Assembly (NCBI GenBank): GCA_042217585.1
Contig: JBDGSJ010000013.1
Location: 1 to 53,040, forward strand
Source: Candidatus Nanohaloarchaea archaeon
GTDB taxonomy: Archaea; Nanohalarchaeota; Nanosalinia; Nanosalinales; Nanosalinaceae
Reading direction: 5' to 3'
DNA length: 53,040 bases
In this document: one piece after another, positions 9,541 through 18,065 of the stretch
Layout: every line of letters begins with the position of its first letter
Numbering within the stretch: the first letter of the stretch is position 1
Made by a program: the position numbers and the translations under genes
The notes under the pieces: model-generated
What the model was told of the DNA's origin: nothing
Seen by the model: the letters and a program-made list of their open reading frames with translations, nothing else
The model's database searches: none

Positions 9541-10089
9541 ATGAAACTCGAGTCCTACGGGGTCAGGGACCGGGAAAAGTTAGAGGAGGGAAACTGGTAC
9601 CAGCCCGTGAAGGGCGATGAAGAGGTCGGTGAACCTTTCAGGCTCGATGAGATCAGTTACGAACCTATGAAGATACCCCGGACCGATATAGGGTTCCTGA
9701 AACCCGTCGCACGGAAACTTGGCTTCACCAGGGAGATACCGAGATGGGACCTGAAGGGTGAGGACTACAGCGGCGGTTTCAGGCTGTACGAGATGACCTC
9801 CCGGGGGATAAGGGCGTACGCAAGAGAACCCGAGGGATGCCTCGCCCTGGTCCCGGCGCCCGGGAGAAAGACGGTGGAGGAGGTGACGGACCCGGACGAG
9901 CTTCTCGGTCCAGAGAGCCTGGAGGAGGGCATAAGGATCGACAGGAAGCTGGACCCCGAGGCGGGAGAAGAACCCGAGGAGAAGTCCCGGAGGGACGCTC
10001 AGCCGGACGAATGGGAGGCGAGGAAGTACATCAACCTCGAGCTCGGTCCCTCGGAGAGAAGGATGATGCAGGACGCCAAGAACTTTTAA
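9541..10089 (+). CDS. Hypothetical protein
   Basis: ORF with genome-typical codon usage; no motif recognised. Confidence 0.6.
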   Translation: MKLESYGVRDREKLEEGNWYQPVKGDEEVGEPFRLDEISYEPMKIPRTDIGFLKPVARKLGFTREIPRWDLKGEDYSGGFRLYEMTSRGIRAYAREPEGCLALVPAPGRKTVEEVTDPDELLGPESLEEGIRIDRKLDPEAGEEPEEKSRRDAQPDEWEARKYINLELGPSERRMMQDAKNF

Positions 10090-10305
10090 GATTCCCTCAA
10101 CAATCAAACTGTATGTTCAGCGGCTCTGACCTCCGGAAGGGTGGACGTTTTGTACCGGTCGGAGCTGCATCGATGTAGAACTCTTTCTGCGAGGCTGAAC
10201 TTCATGAGACCCGAGACCAACAGAGACAGCTCTATCGCCCCTGAAAAACCTCAAAACGGATTTAATACTTCCTCTCGCAACCGGTTCACAGGAGGACTGT
10301 AAACT

Positions 10306-12873
10306 ATGGACGGAGAATACGACGCTGAAACGGTCGAAGACAAATGGCAGGAAAACTGGGTGGAGAACAGGACCTACTCGTACGGCGGGGACGTCAACAT
10401 GGACGTCTACTCGATAGACACGCCGCCGCCCACCGTATCAGGCTCGCTCCACATGGGCCACCTGTACGGCATGACACTACAGGACCTGACAGCAAGGTTC
10501 AGGAGGATGATAGGGAACGAGGTCTTCTTCCCGTTCGGGTACGACGACAACGGGATCGCCTCGGAGAGGTTGACGGAGAAGGAGCTCGGTATCAGGCACC
10601 AGGACTTCACCCGGAGAGAGTTCCAGGAGAAATGCCGGGAGGTCTGCCAGGAGTACGAGGACGAGTTCACGGAGAAGATGCAGTCGCTCGCGCTCTCCAT
10701 GGACTGGGACAACACCTACAAGACGATCGAGCCACGCGTCCAGAAGATCTCCCAGAGGTCCTTCATCGAGCTCTACGAGGACGACAGGGAGTACAGGAAG
10801 CGCGCACCGGCGATCTGGTGCCCTGACTGCGAGACAGCCATCTCCCAGGTCGAGATGGAGGACGAGGAGAAGGACTCCCACTTCAACGACATAGAGTTCC
10901 CGCTGGCGACCGGCCACGGCTCCATCGTTATCTCGACGACCAGACCGGAGCTGCTGCCCGCCTGCGTCGCGATCTTCGTCCACCCCGACGACGAATCGAA
11001 CGAACACCTGGTCGGGGAGAAGGCAGAGGTCCCGCTGTTCGACCGCGAGGTCCCGATAATAGAGGACGAGCGCGTCGACATGGAGACCGGGACCGGGGTC
11101 GTGATGTGCTGTACGTTCGGGGACCAGACCGACATCGAGTGGTACCAGGCCCACGACCTCCCGCTCAAGGTCGCGATCGACGAGTCCGGCACCATGACAG
11201 AGGAGGCCGGGAAGTACGAGGGATTGAACACGAAAGAGGCCCGGGAGGAGATAGTCGACGACCTGGAAGAGGAGGGCTACCTGATGGACCGCCGCTCCAT
11301 CACCCACACGGTACAGGTCCACGAGCGCTGCGGGGTTGAAACCGAGTTCCTGGTCACGGAGCAGTGGTACGTCAAGCTGCTGGACAAGAAGGAAGAATAC
11401 CTGGAAGCCGGAAGAGAGATGGACTGGCAGCCGGAGAAGATGTTCACCCGTTACAAGAACTGGATAGAGGGACTCCAGTGGGACTGGTGTATCTCGCGCC
11501 AGAGGGACTCCGGGATACCTTTCCCGGTCTGGTACTGCGAGGAATGCGACCACGAGGTGATGGCGGATAAGGAAGAGCTGCCGGTCGACCCCATCGAGGA
11601 CGAGCCACCTGTCGATGAATGCCCGGAGTGCTCGGGGACCGACTTCCGTGCGGAAGAGGACGTCTTCGACACGTGGGCCACCTCGAGCCTGACACCGCTG
11701 ATAAACGCGGGCTGGGACGGCGACTCCATGGGCAGACCTGAACTCTACCCGATGGACCTCAGGCCGCAGGGCCACGACATCATCTCGTTCTGGCTGTTCC
11801 ACACCGTCGTGAAGTGCCTGGAGCACACCGGCGAGGTACCGTTCGACACCGTCATGATCAACGGGATGGTCCTCGACGAGAACAGGAAGAAGATGAGCAA
11901 GTCGAAAGGCAACGTGGTACAGCCCGACGAGGTCCTGGATGAGTTCCCGGTCGACGCCGCACGTTACTGGGCCGCATCCTCCTCTGTCGGAGACGACCTC
12001 CCGTTCAAGGAGAAGGACCTCGTGGCCGGAGAAAAACTGATGAGGAAGCTGTGGAACGCCTCGAAGCTGGTCGACCAGCTCTCAGAGGACGTGGAGGAAC
12101 CCGGGGAGCTGGAGGAGATAGACCGGTGGATGCTCGCCGAGGTCGACGACCTGATACAGGAGATGACCGCCGAGATGAAGGATTTCGAGTTCGCCAAGGC
12201 GAGGGACCGGCTGAGAGAGGTCTTCTGGCACACCTTCTGCGACGACTACCTGGAGATCACCAAGCAGAGGCTCGACAGGGAGGACTCGCAGTCCGCGGAG
12301 TACGCGCTCAGGACCGTCCACAGGAAGTTCCTGAAGCTCTGGGCTCCGATCCTGGTCCACATAACCGAGGAGATATGGCACGAGATGTACAGGGACACCA
12401 GCATCCACACCGAGGACTGGCCCGACCCCGAGGGAGTCGACGCGGACCTCGAAGCCGGCGAGAGAGCGATGGAGGTAATCTCCGCGCTCAGGAAGTACAA
12501 GACGGACCGACAGATGGCCCTCAACGAGGAACTCGACCATTTACAGGTCCACGGCGACATCGAGGGATTCGAGGACGCGATCAGCCAGGTCATGCATATC
12601 GACGAACTTGAGGTCCACGAGGGAGAACCCGAGACAGAGAAGAAGGTCGTCGAGATCGAGCTGAACTACGAGAAAGCCGGTCCGGAGTACGGCGACAAGG
12701 TCCCCGAGATCGAGGAGGCGCTGGAGAACAACGAATGGCACATCGACGCGGGACACCTCGAGGCCGCTGACGTCCACCTGGAGCCTGAGATGTTCGAGGT
12801 CCACGAGGAAAGGACCTTCACAGGCGAAGGCGAGATGCTGGAGACCGAGAACGCGATAGTGGTGGTCAGGTGA
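10306..12873 (+). CDS. valS: Valyl-tRNA synthetase
   Basis: IDTPPPTVSGSLHMGH, TTRPE editing domain, GTGVVM, DWCISRQR, KMSKSKGN; GGAGG SD upstream. Confidence 0.97.
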   Translation: MDGEYDAETVEDKWQENWVENRTYSYGGDVNMDVYSIDTPPPTVSGSLHMGHLYGMTLQDLTARFRRMIGNEVFFPFGYDDNGIASERLTEKELGIRHQDFTRREFQEKCREVCQEYEDEFTEKMQSLALSMDWDNTYKTIEPRVQKISQRSFIELYEDDREYRKRAPAIWCPDCETAISQVEMEDEEKDSHFNDIEFPLATGHGSIVISTTRPELLPACVAIFVHPDDESNEHLVGEKAEVPLFDREVPIIEDERVDMETGTGVVMCCTFGDQTDIEWYQAHDLPLKVAIDESGTMTEEAGKYEGLNTKEAREEIVDDLEEEGYLMDRRSITHTVQVHERCGVETEFLVTEQWYVKLLDKKEEYLEAGREMDWQPEKMFTRYKNWIEGLQWDWCISRQRDSGIPFPVWYCEECDHEVMADKEELPVDPIEDEPPVDECPECSGTDFRAEEDVFDTWATSSLTPLINAGWDGDSMGRPELYPMDLRPQGHDIISFWLFHTVVKCLEHTGEVPFDTVMINGMVLDENRKKMSKSKGNVVQPDEVLDEFPVDAARYWAASSSVGDDLPFKEKDLVAGEKLMRKLWNASKLVDQLSEDVEEPGELEEIDRWMLAEVDDLIQEMTAEMKDFEFAKARDRLREVFWHTFCDDYLEITKQRLDREDSQSAEYALRTVHRKFLKLWAPILVHITEEIWHEMYRDTSIHTEDWPDPEGVDADLEAGERAMEVISALRKYKTDRQMALNEELDHLQVHGDIEGFEDAISQVMHIDELEVHEGEPETEKKVVEIELNYEKAGPEYGDKVPEIEEALENNEWHIDAGHLEAADVHLEPEMFEVHEERTFTGEGEMLETENAIVVVR

Positions 12874-13607
12874 GGACCGGGTTCTCCATCGGTCCATTCC
12901 CGGACCGCGTCTCCGATGTCCCGGACGAGTTCGACTTCGTGGAGCTCTCGCTGGGAGAACACGAGATCCCGCCCGATGAGATAGACGCGGATGAGTTCCG
13001 GGGAGAGCTGGAAAAGGCGGGAAAGGACCTCGTGGTCCACCTTCCGTTCCGCCAGCCCGCCGCGACCTCGGTCCCGGCCTTCAACGAGGCGGAGCTGGAG
13101 TACATGGAGGAACTGCTCGAGTTCTCCGCCGAGCTAGGCGCAAGTAAAGCGGTCCTACACGGGAACGTCCGTGACGCCGCCTCGGAGGATGAACTGGAAA
13201 AGTTCAGGGAGCAGGTGGACCGGCTCGAGGAGATCAGCGAGGACCACGGGATCGAGATATGCTACGAGAACGTGGGACAGGTGAAGGGCGGGGTCGAACT
13301 CTTCACCCTGGGCGAGATACTTGAGGAGAAGAATGCTTCGATGACCTTCGACGTCGGACACGCCTACATGGAAGTGGGCCAGGACCGGATGGAGGATTTC
13401 CTCGACGAGTACTCGCACCTCGTCTCCCATCTCCACGTCCACGACTGCAGGGACCGGGGTGACTCCCATATCTCGGTGGGCGAGGGAGAGATAGAGTTCG
13501 GACCGGTCGCCGACATGCTTGAAAGCCCATCCATCTGTATCGAGGTCTTCACCGACGACGTGGAGTACGGAGTTGTCTCGCTGAGGAAGTTTCTGGAGAA
13601 ATTCTGA
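12870..13607 (+). CDS. Sugar phosphate isomerase/epimerase (xylose isomerase-like / AP endonuclease 2 TIM barrel)
   Basis: VHLPF, YEN, FDVGHA, HLHVHD, DSH..VGEGEI, IEVF. Confidence 0.85.
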   Translation: MRTGFSIGPFPDRVSDVPDEFDFVELSLGEHEIPPDEIDADEFRGELEKAGKDLVVHLPFRQPAATSVPAFNEAELEYMEELLEFSAELGASKAVLHGNVRDAASEDELEKFREQVDRLEEISEDHGIEICYENVGQVKGGVELFTLGEILEEKNASMTFDVGHAYMEVGQDRMEDFLDEYSHLVSHLHVHDCRDRGDSHISVGEGEIEFGPVADMLESPSICIEVFTDDVEYGVVSLRKFLEKF

Positions 13608-13656
13608 CCGCGGGGGCTGGGCTGGAGTTAAAAGAATTCAAGGAGCAGTCCTCTCC

Positions 13657-16389
13657 ATGAGCGACGGAAAACACTCGGAGATGTCCAAGTACCAGCTGAA
13701 GAAGCTTATCAACAGGCTTGAGGACATCCGCGGCCGCAACACGGAACTGGTCTCGCTGTACATACCCGCGGGGTACGACATGTCAAAGATCTCGGACTTT
13801 GTGACCTCGGAGCAGAGCGAGGCGGAGAACATCAAGTCGAAGCACACCCGGAACAACGTTCAGGATGCGCTGTCGAAGATCGGGCGGAAGGTGAAGGAGG
13901 AGCAGGAGACCCCGGAGAACGGTGTGGCGTTCTTCGCGGGAAATGTCAGCGATACAGAGGGCAGGCCGGACATCAAGATATGGGAGGTCGTGCCCCCGGA
14001 GCCGATCGAGTCCCGGCATTACAGGTGCGACAAGGAGTTCGTATTGGAGCCGCTGAAGGAGATGGTCGTGGACGACAGGGTCTACGGCCTGATAACTGCG
14101 GACAAGTCCGAGGCCGCCATCGGCTATCTCCAGGGGTCCAGCGTGAAGACCGTCTACACCATGAGCTCCAACGTCCCCGGGAAGACCAAGGCGGGAGGAC
14201 AGTGCCTGGACCCGGATTCAGTAGTCCAGATGTCTGACGGAGACCTGAAACGAATTGAAGAAGTTCAGGTTGGTGACAGCGTTAAGTCGGCAGATACTGA
14301 CTCCATGGAGCTGAGGGACTCTAAAGTCGTGGACAAATGGAGGGAAGAGAAGACAGTCTATAAGATAGAGACCAAGTTCCCGAGAAAGACCATAATGTGT
14401 TCTGGCGATCACGAAGTGTTCACTTCGACTCTGGAGAAGAAAGCTGCCGAAGACCTGGAGGAAGGGGAAAAACTTCTTTTCCCTGAGAAAATAGATACTG
14501 CCTCCAGAGAAAGAATACTGGATACAGAAAAATACTATAACTCTTTCAAGATATCGGAGAAAGGCAGAGAAAAGCTTAAAGAGGAGAGAAAAGAGCTAGA
14601 ATATTCTCAGAGCCGTCTAGGAGAAGAAGTAGGAGCAAGTCAGACAGCAGTATCTAAAATCGAGCTTGGGGAAAGAGATGTAGGAAGGGAACTTCTGCAG
14701 GATATCTGTGTGGAGCTAGGTATCGATTTCAGAGGTTTCGTACAGGACTACTGCAGAGGTAAGGAGTACAGTCTTCCAAACAATACAGGAAAGGATCTGG
14801 CTGAGATACTGGGATACTTCGCCGGGGACGGCAGCTTCGATTCGGAAAGGCTGAACTTCCATGAACAGGATAGAGAAGTAGCAGAATACTATCAGGAGAA
14901 ACTAGAGGATGTGTTCAAATGTGATACAAAGATCAGGTTCAGAGAGGATAAGAACTACTATCTGCTAAGAGCATTCGGTAAACCACTGGTCAAGTTCATA
15001 AAAGAGGAGTTCCCGGAGATCAAGAAATCAGGAGATACAAAAATACCTGAAAAAGTACTTGAAGCCGATGATGAGATACTTCACAGATTCATACAGGGAT
15101 TCTACGACGCAGAGGGACACTGCAGTGAAAACAGAGGCAGGATAGGACTATCAGCAAATAACAAAGTCCTGATACACCAACTGCAATCATCGCTACTCAG
15201 AGCTGAAGTGGTAGCATCTTTGACAACCTACGACAACAGAGAAAACCCGCATACCGACAACACAAGATACACTGTGAGCATCTCTGACCAGAAATCGATC
15301 CAAAACTTTGCCGAAAATATCGGATTCTGCAGTGAGAGGAAGACAAGAGAACTTGAAAAAATCTGCCAGCTAGATAAATCCAGGAATAACAACCGTCAGA
15401 TACTGAAAAACGGGGAAGAAGTCAGGGAAGTGCTCCAAAACAACGGTAGGAAATTTAATGACTTCAAAAAATCGAACATGTACTTACAGGGAAAAAGAGA
15501 GATAAGCAAGAAGAAATTCGATGAAAACATAAAGAAAGACACGGAGGGCACTCTAGAGAAAAAACTGGGAGAAATCCACAGCTCCGAGATACTTCCTGCA
15601 AAAATAAAGTCGATCGAAGAAAAGGAAGAACAGGAGGTAATAGATATAAGCGTAGAGGCAGGCAATTTCATAGCGAACAACCTGGTAGTTCACAACTCGG
15701 CCCAGAGGTTCGCACGCCTCAGGAAACAGATGCTGAAGTCCTTCCTGCAGGAGATAGCGGAGAAGGCGAAGAACGCGTTCCTCGACAAGGCCCGGGACGG
15801 GGACCTCCTCGGTATAGTAATCGGTGGACCGGGCTTCGTGAAGGACAAGCTTATCGACGACGACTACCTCCACCAGGAGCTGCAGGACAAGGTCATCACG
15901 TCCAAGTCAATCAGCCAGTCAGGGGAGGCCGGTCTCAGCGAACTGGTCCAGAAAGCGGAGGACGAACTCGAGGACTCACAGGCCGTGATGGAGAAACGGA
16001 TGGTCAACAGGTTCCTGGAGAACCTTAAAGAGGAGAACGGGAAGTCGGAGTACGGACTGGAACCGGTGATGAAGGCGATGAAGATGGGAGCGGTCGACAC
16101 TGTCCTGATATCCGAATCACTGGACATGTTCCAGGCAGAGTACGAATGCCCGAACGGCCACGAGGACGACGTTATCGAGGAGGAGCCCGAGATAGAGGAC
16201 TCGAAGGAATGCCCCGAGTGCAGCGAGGAGATGGACCTGGAAGAGATGAGCGACATAGTCGACGTCCTCGGGGAGAAAGCGGAGGAGATGAGTTCCGACC
16301 TCGAGATAATCTCCACGGACCACGAGGAAGGCCAGAGACTGGAGAACATGGGCGGTATAGCCGCCATACTCCGGTACAGGATACGCTGA
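13657..16389 (+). CDS. prf1: Peptide chain release factor aRF1, intein-containing precursor (910 aa; 412 aa after splicing)
   Basis: TELVSLYIP, NIKS, YRCDKEF, VPGKTKAGGQ|...|SAQRFARLR, GGPGFVK, C-terminal Zn-ribbon and GGIAAILRY. Confidence 0.96.
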   Translation: MSDGKHSEMSKYQLKKLINRLEDIRGRNTELVSLYIPAGYDMSKISDFVTSEQSEAENIKSKHTRNNVQDALSKIGRKVKEEQETPENGVAFFAGNVSDTEGRPDIKIWEVVPPEPIESRHYRCDKEFVLEPLKEMVVDDRVYGLITADKSEAAIGYLQGSSVKTVYTMSSNVPGKTKAGGQCLDPDSVVQMSDGDLKRIEEVQVGDSVKSADTDSMELRDSKVVDKWREEKTVYKIETKFPRKTIMCSGDHEVFTSTLEKKAAEDLEEGEKLLFPEKIDTASRERILDTEKYYNSFKISEKGREKLKEERKELEYSQSRLGEEVGASQTAVSKIELGERDVGRELLQDICVELGIDFRGFVQDYCRGKEYSLPNNTGKDLAEILGYFAGDGSFDSERLNFHEQDREVAEYYQEKLEDVFKCDTKIRFREDKNYYLLRAFGKPLVKFIKEEFPEIKKSGDTKIPEKVLEADDEILHRFIQGFYDAEGHCSENRGRIGLSANNKVLIHQLQSSLLRAEVVASLTTYDNRENPHTDNTRYTVSISDQKSIQNFAENIGFCSERKTRELEKICQLDKSRNNNRQILKNGEEVREVLQNNGRKFNDFKKSNMYLQGKREISKKKFDENIKKDTEGTLEKKLGEIHSSEILPAKIKSIEEKEEQEVIDISVEAGNFIANNLVVHNSAQRFARLRKQMLKSFLQEIAEKAKNAFLDKARDGDLLGIVIGGPGFVKDKLIDDDYLHQELQDKVITSKSISQSGEAGLSELVQKAEDELEDSQAVMEKRMVNRFLENLKEENGKSEYGLEPVMKAMKMGAVDTVLISESLDMFQAEYECPNGHEDDVIEEEPEIEDSKECPECSEEMDLEEMSDIVDVLGEKAEEMSSDLEIISTDHEEGQRLENMGGIAAILRYRIR
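14203..15696 (+). mobile_element. Intein (498 aa) with XRE-type HTH and LAGLIDADG homing endonuclease in aRF1
   Basis: Starts CLDPDS (block A), CSGDHEVFT (block B), LAEILGYFAGDGS and FIQGFYDAEGH (LAGLIDADG), VIDISV...NFIANNLVVHN|S (blocks F/G). DNA is visibly AT-richer than the flanks. Confidence 0.96.
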
Positions 16390-16431
16390 ACCGGGAAAGC
16401 TTTAACAGATTTCCACCCTCAATCTTCCTCT

Positions 16432-17013
16432 ATGGCGGATGAGGAGAAAGACGTGGTCCACAACGTGGACCTGACGAACGACACCTATACTGTCAAGCAG
16501 AGCCTTGTAAGGAACAAGTACAGCGTATACGGACCTGGCGGTGAACTGGTTCTGAAAGGCAAACAGAAGCTTTTCAAGATGAAGGAGGACTTCTCCCTCT
16601 ACAACTCGGAGGGAGACCCTGTTTTCCGGGTAAAGGCGGATTCGATAATGGACATAGCCGGCGACTACACCCTGACCGATGAGGCGACGGGGGAGCCGAT
16701 AGCGGTCCTGGAGAAGAACTTCACGGTATTCAAGCACAGCTGGAGGATTAAGGACCCTGACTCCCGCGACATGGTGGCGCGGATAGAGAGCAGAAGCACG
16801 ATAATCGACGCTTTGAGGGTTTTCTCCGACCTTGTATCCCTTCTGCCTCACAAGTACAGCATCGAAACTCCGGAGGGAGAGAAGATCGGAGACATCAAGG
16901 GAAGCTTCTCCCTGAGAGACCGGTACGAGGTCCACATAGAGGATTCCCGCGGGATACCGAAGGAGGCGCTGGTGGCTGCGACCCTGACCGTCGATGCGCT
17001 GGAGGGCAACTAA
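16432..17013 (+). CDS. LURP-one-related / scramblase-like (Tubby C-like) protein
   Basis: YTVKQSL.RNKY, KQKLFKMKEDF, FSLRDRYEVHI, LVAA.LTVDALE. Confidence 0.85.
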   Translation: MADEEKDVVHNVDLTNDTYTVKQSLVRNKYSVYGPGGELVLKGKQKLFKMKEDFSLYNSEGDPVFRVKADSIMDIAGDYTLTDEATGEPIAVLEKNFTVFKHSWRIKDPDSRDMVARIESRSTIIDALRVFSDLVSLLPHKYSIETPEGEKIGDIKGSFSLRDRYEVHIEDSRGIPKEALVAATLTVDALEGN

Positions 17014-17044
17014 CCTGATAAAGGACCGGTTCACAGATGGAAGT

Positions 17045-18049
17045 ATGAGGAGAGAGTTACGTGCGCTGGGACTTCTGACCTCAGTCATTCTGCTGTCTGT
17101 CACGGCATCAGGATACACTGTCCAGGAAACCGGAAACGGCTTCCAGGTGACGGGACTTTCGCTGGATGCTGACACAGGAGTATCGATAGATCTGGAGGAG
17201 ATAGATTCACCGGTCAGGAAACTCGTCATAAACTCGACGCAGGCCATATTCGACGAGAACCTGACCGTTAAGACAAGCGAAGACATTACGGAGAGCGATT
17301 TCCCGGACCTCCCCGCCAGACGCAAGCCCCTCCGGTCTATAAACGTCACCGGCTTTTACGCACAGGTCCAGATCCGGGTCGAGAAGAAGAACTCCAGCTC
17401 CGGCGTGTACGTGAAAAGGTTCTACTGGAGGGAGAAGAACTTTACAGGGAAAAAATACACGGTGAGAAGCTCCACGCCGTTCATACTCGTAGAGACCCGT
17501 CAGAAGTCCTGTAAATCTCCAGCTTACGCACTGACGCCGGATGGACAGACATGCGTGAGGTACCGGAACACCTGCCAGATACCGGAGGGCCATATAGAGT
17601 TGAGAAGCTGTTCCGTACAGGACGAGTGGAACCGGGCGAGCAAGTTCCTCGGGAACTTCTCGAAGAAGATGACCCCGAGGAGGGCAGAGCTTCTGGACCG
17701 GGCCAGGGATGCGTTCAGATCCGGGAACTACACGAAGACGATAGACCTCGTGATGAAGGCCAGGAGAGCCCCACCGTTCTCCATCACCTCTATTTTCGCC
17801 GTCCTGGCCGGTGTTCTCGTACTGGTGCTCGGGACGGGGACCATCTACCTGTGGATGACGAGAGACACCGAACCTGCGACCGGAGAAGCCGCAGAAATCA
17901 CGGAAGAACTGAGGTCCCTCCTGGAGGAGGCCAGCCAGGAAAAAAGGGAGGAGGTAGGCGACGAAGTGAGGGACCTGCGGTCAGCGCTGGAAGAAGGAGA
18001 GATCGAGGAAGCCGAAGAGCTTCTTCAGGAAATAAGAGAGAAACTCTGA
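17045..18049 (+). CDS. Surface protein with signal peptide, 4-Cys module, TM helix and acidic cytoplasmic tail
   Basis: MRRELRALGLLTSVILL signal; C-terminal half resembles that of the downstream protease. Confidence 0.8.
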   Translation: MRRELRALGLLTSVILLSVTASGYTVQETGNGFQVTGLSLDADTGVSIDLEEIDSPVRKLVINSTQAIFDENLTVKTSEDITESDFPDLPARRKPLRSINVTGFYAQVQIRVEKKNSSSGVYVKRFYWREKNFTGKKYTVRSSTPFILVETRQKSCKSPAYALTPDGQTCVRYRNTCQIPEGHIELRSCSVQDEWNRASKFLGNFSKKMTPRRAELLDRARDAFRSGNYTKTIDLVMKARRAPPFSITSIFAVLAGVLVLVLGTGTIYLWMTRDTEPATGEAAEITEELRSLLEEASQEKREEVGDEVRDLRSALEEGEIEEAEELLQEIREKL

Positions 18050-18065
18050 TTCCAGGAGAACTGAG

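Noticed and set aside
10090..10305. Possible valS leader RNA or gene remnant (minus-strand KEFYIDAAP resembles YSIDTPPP)
   Set aside because: Match is too short, on the opposite strand and has no start; a TATA-like box at about 10260 implies a short leader.
10344..12897. Long antisense and alternate-frame ORFs over valS (also over metG, lhr at 35746-37029, and VWA at 31745-32809)
   Set aside because: Shadow ORFs expected from high GC3 codon bias; they fully overlap well-supported genes and carry no motifs.
13657..16389. Altered genetic code linked to the unusual aRF1
   Set aside because: NIKS and YxCxxxF are intact, and conserved genes here end in TAA, TAG and TGA at expected lengths.
16402..17349. 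315-aa minus-strand ORF
   Set aside because: Antisense to the LURP-like and 17045 genes; no plausible protein features.
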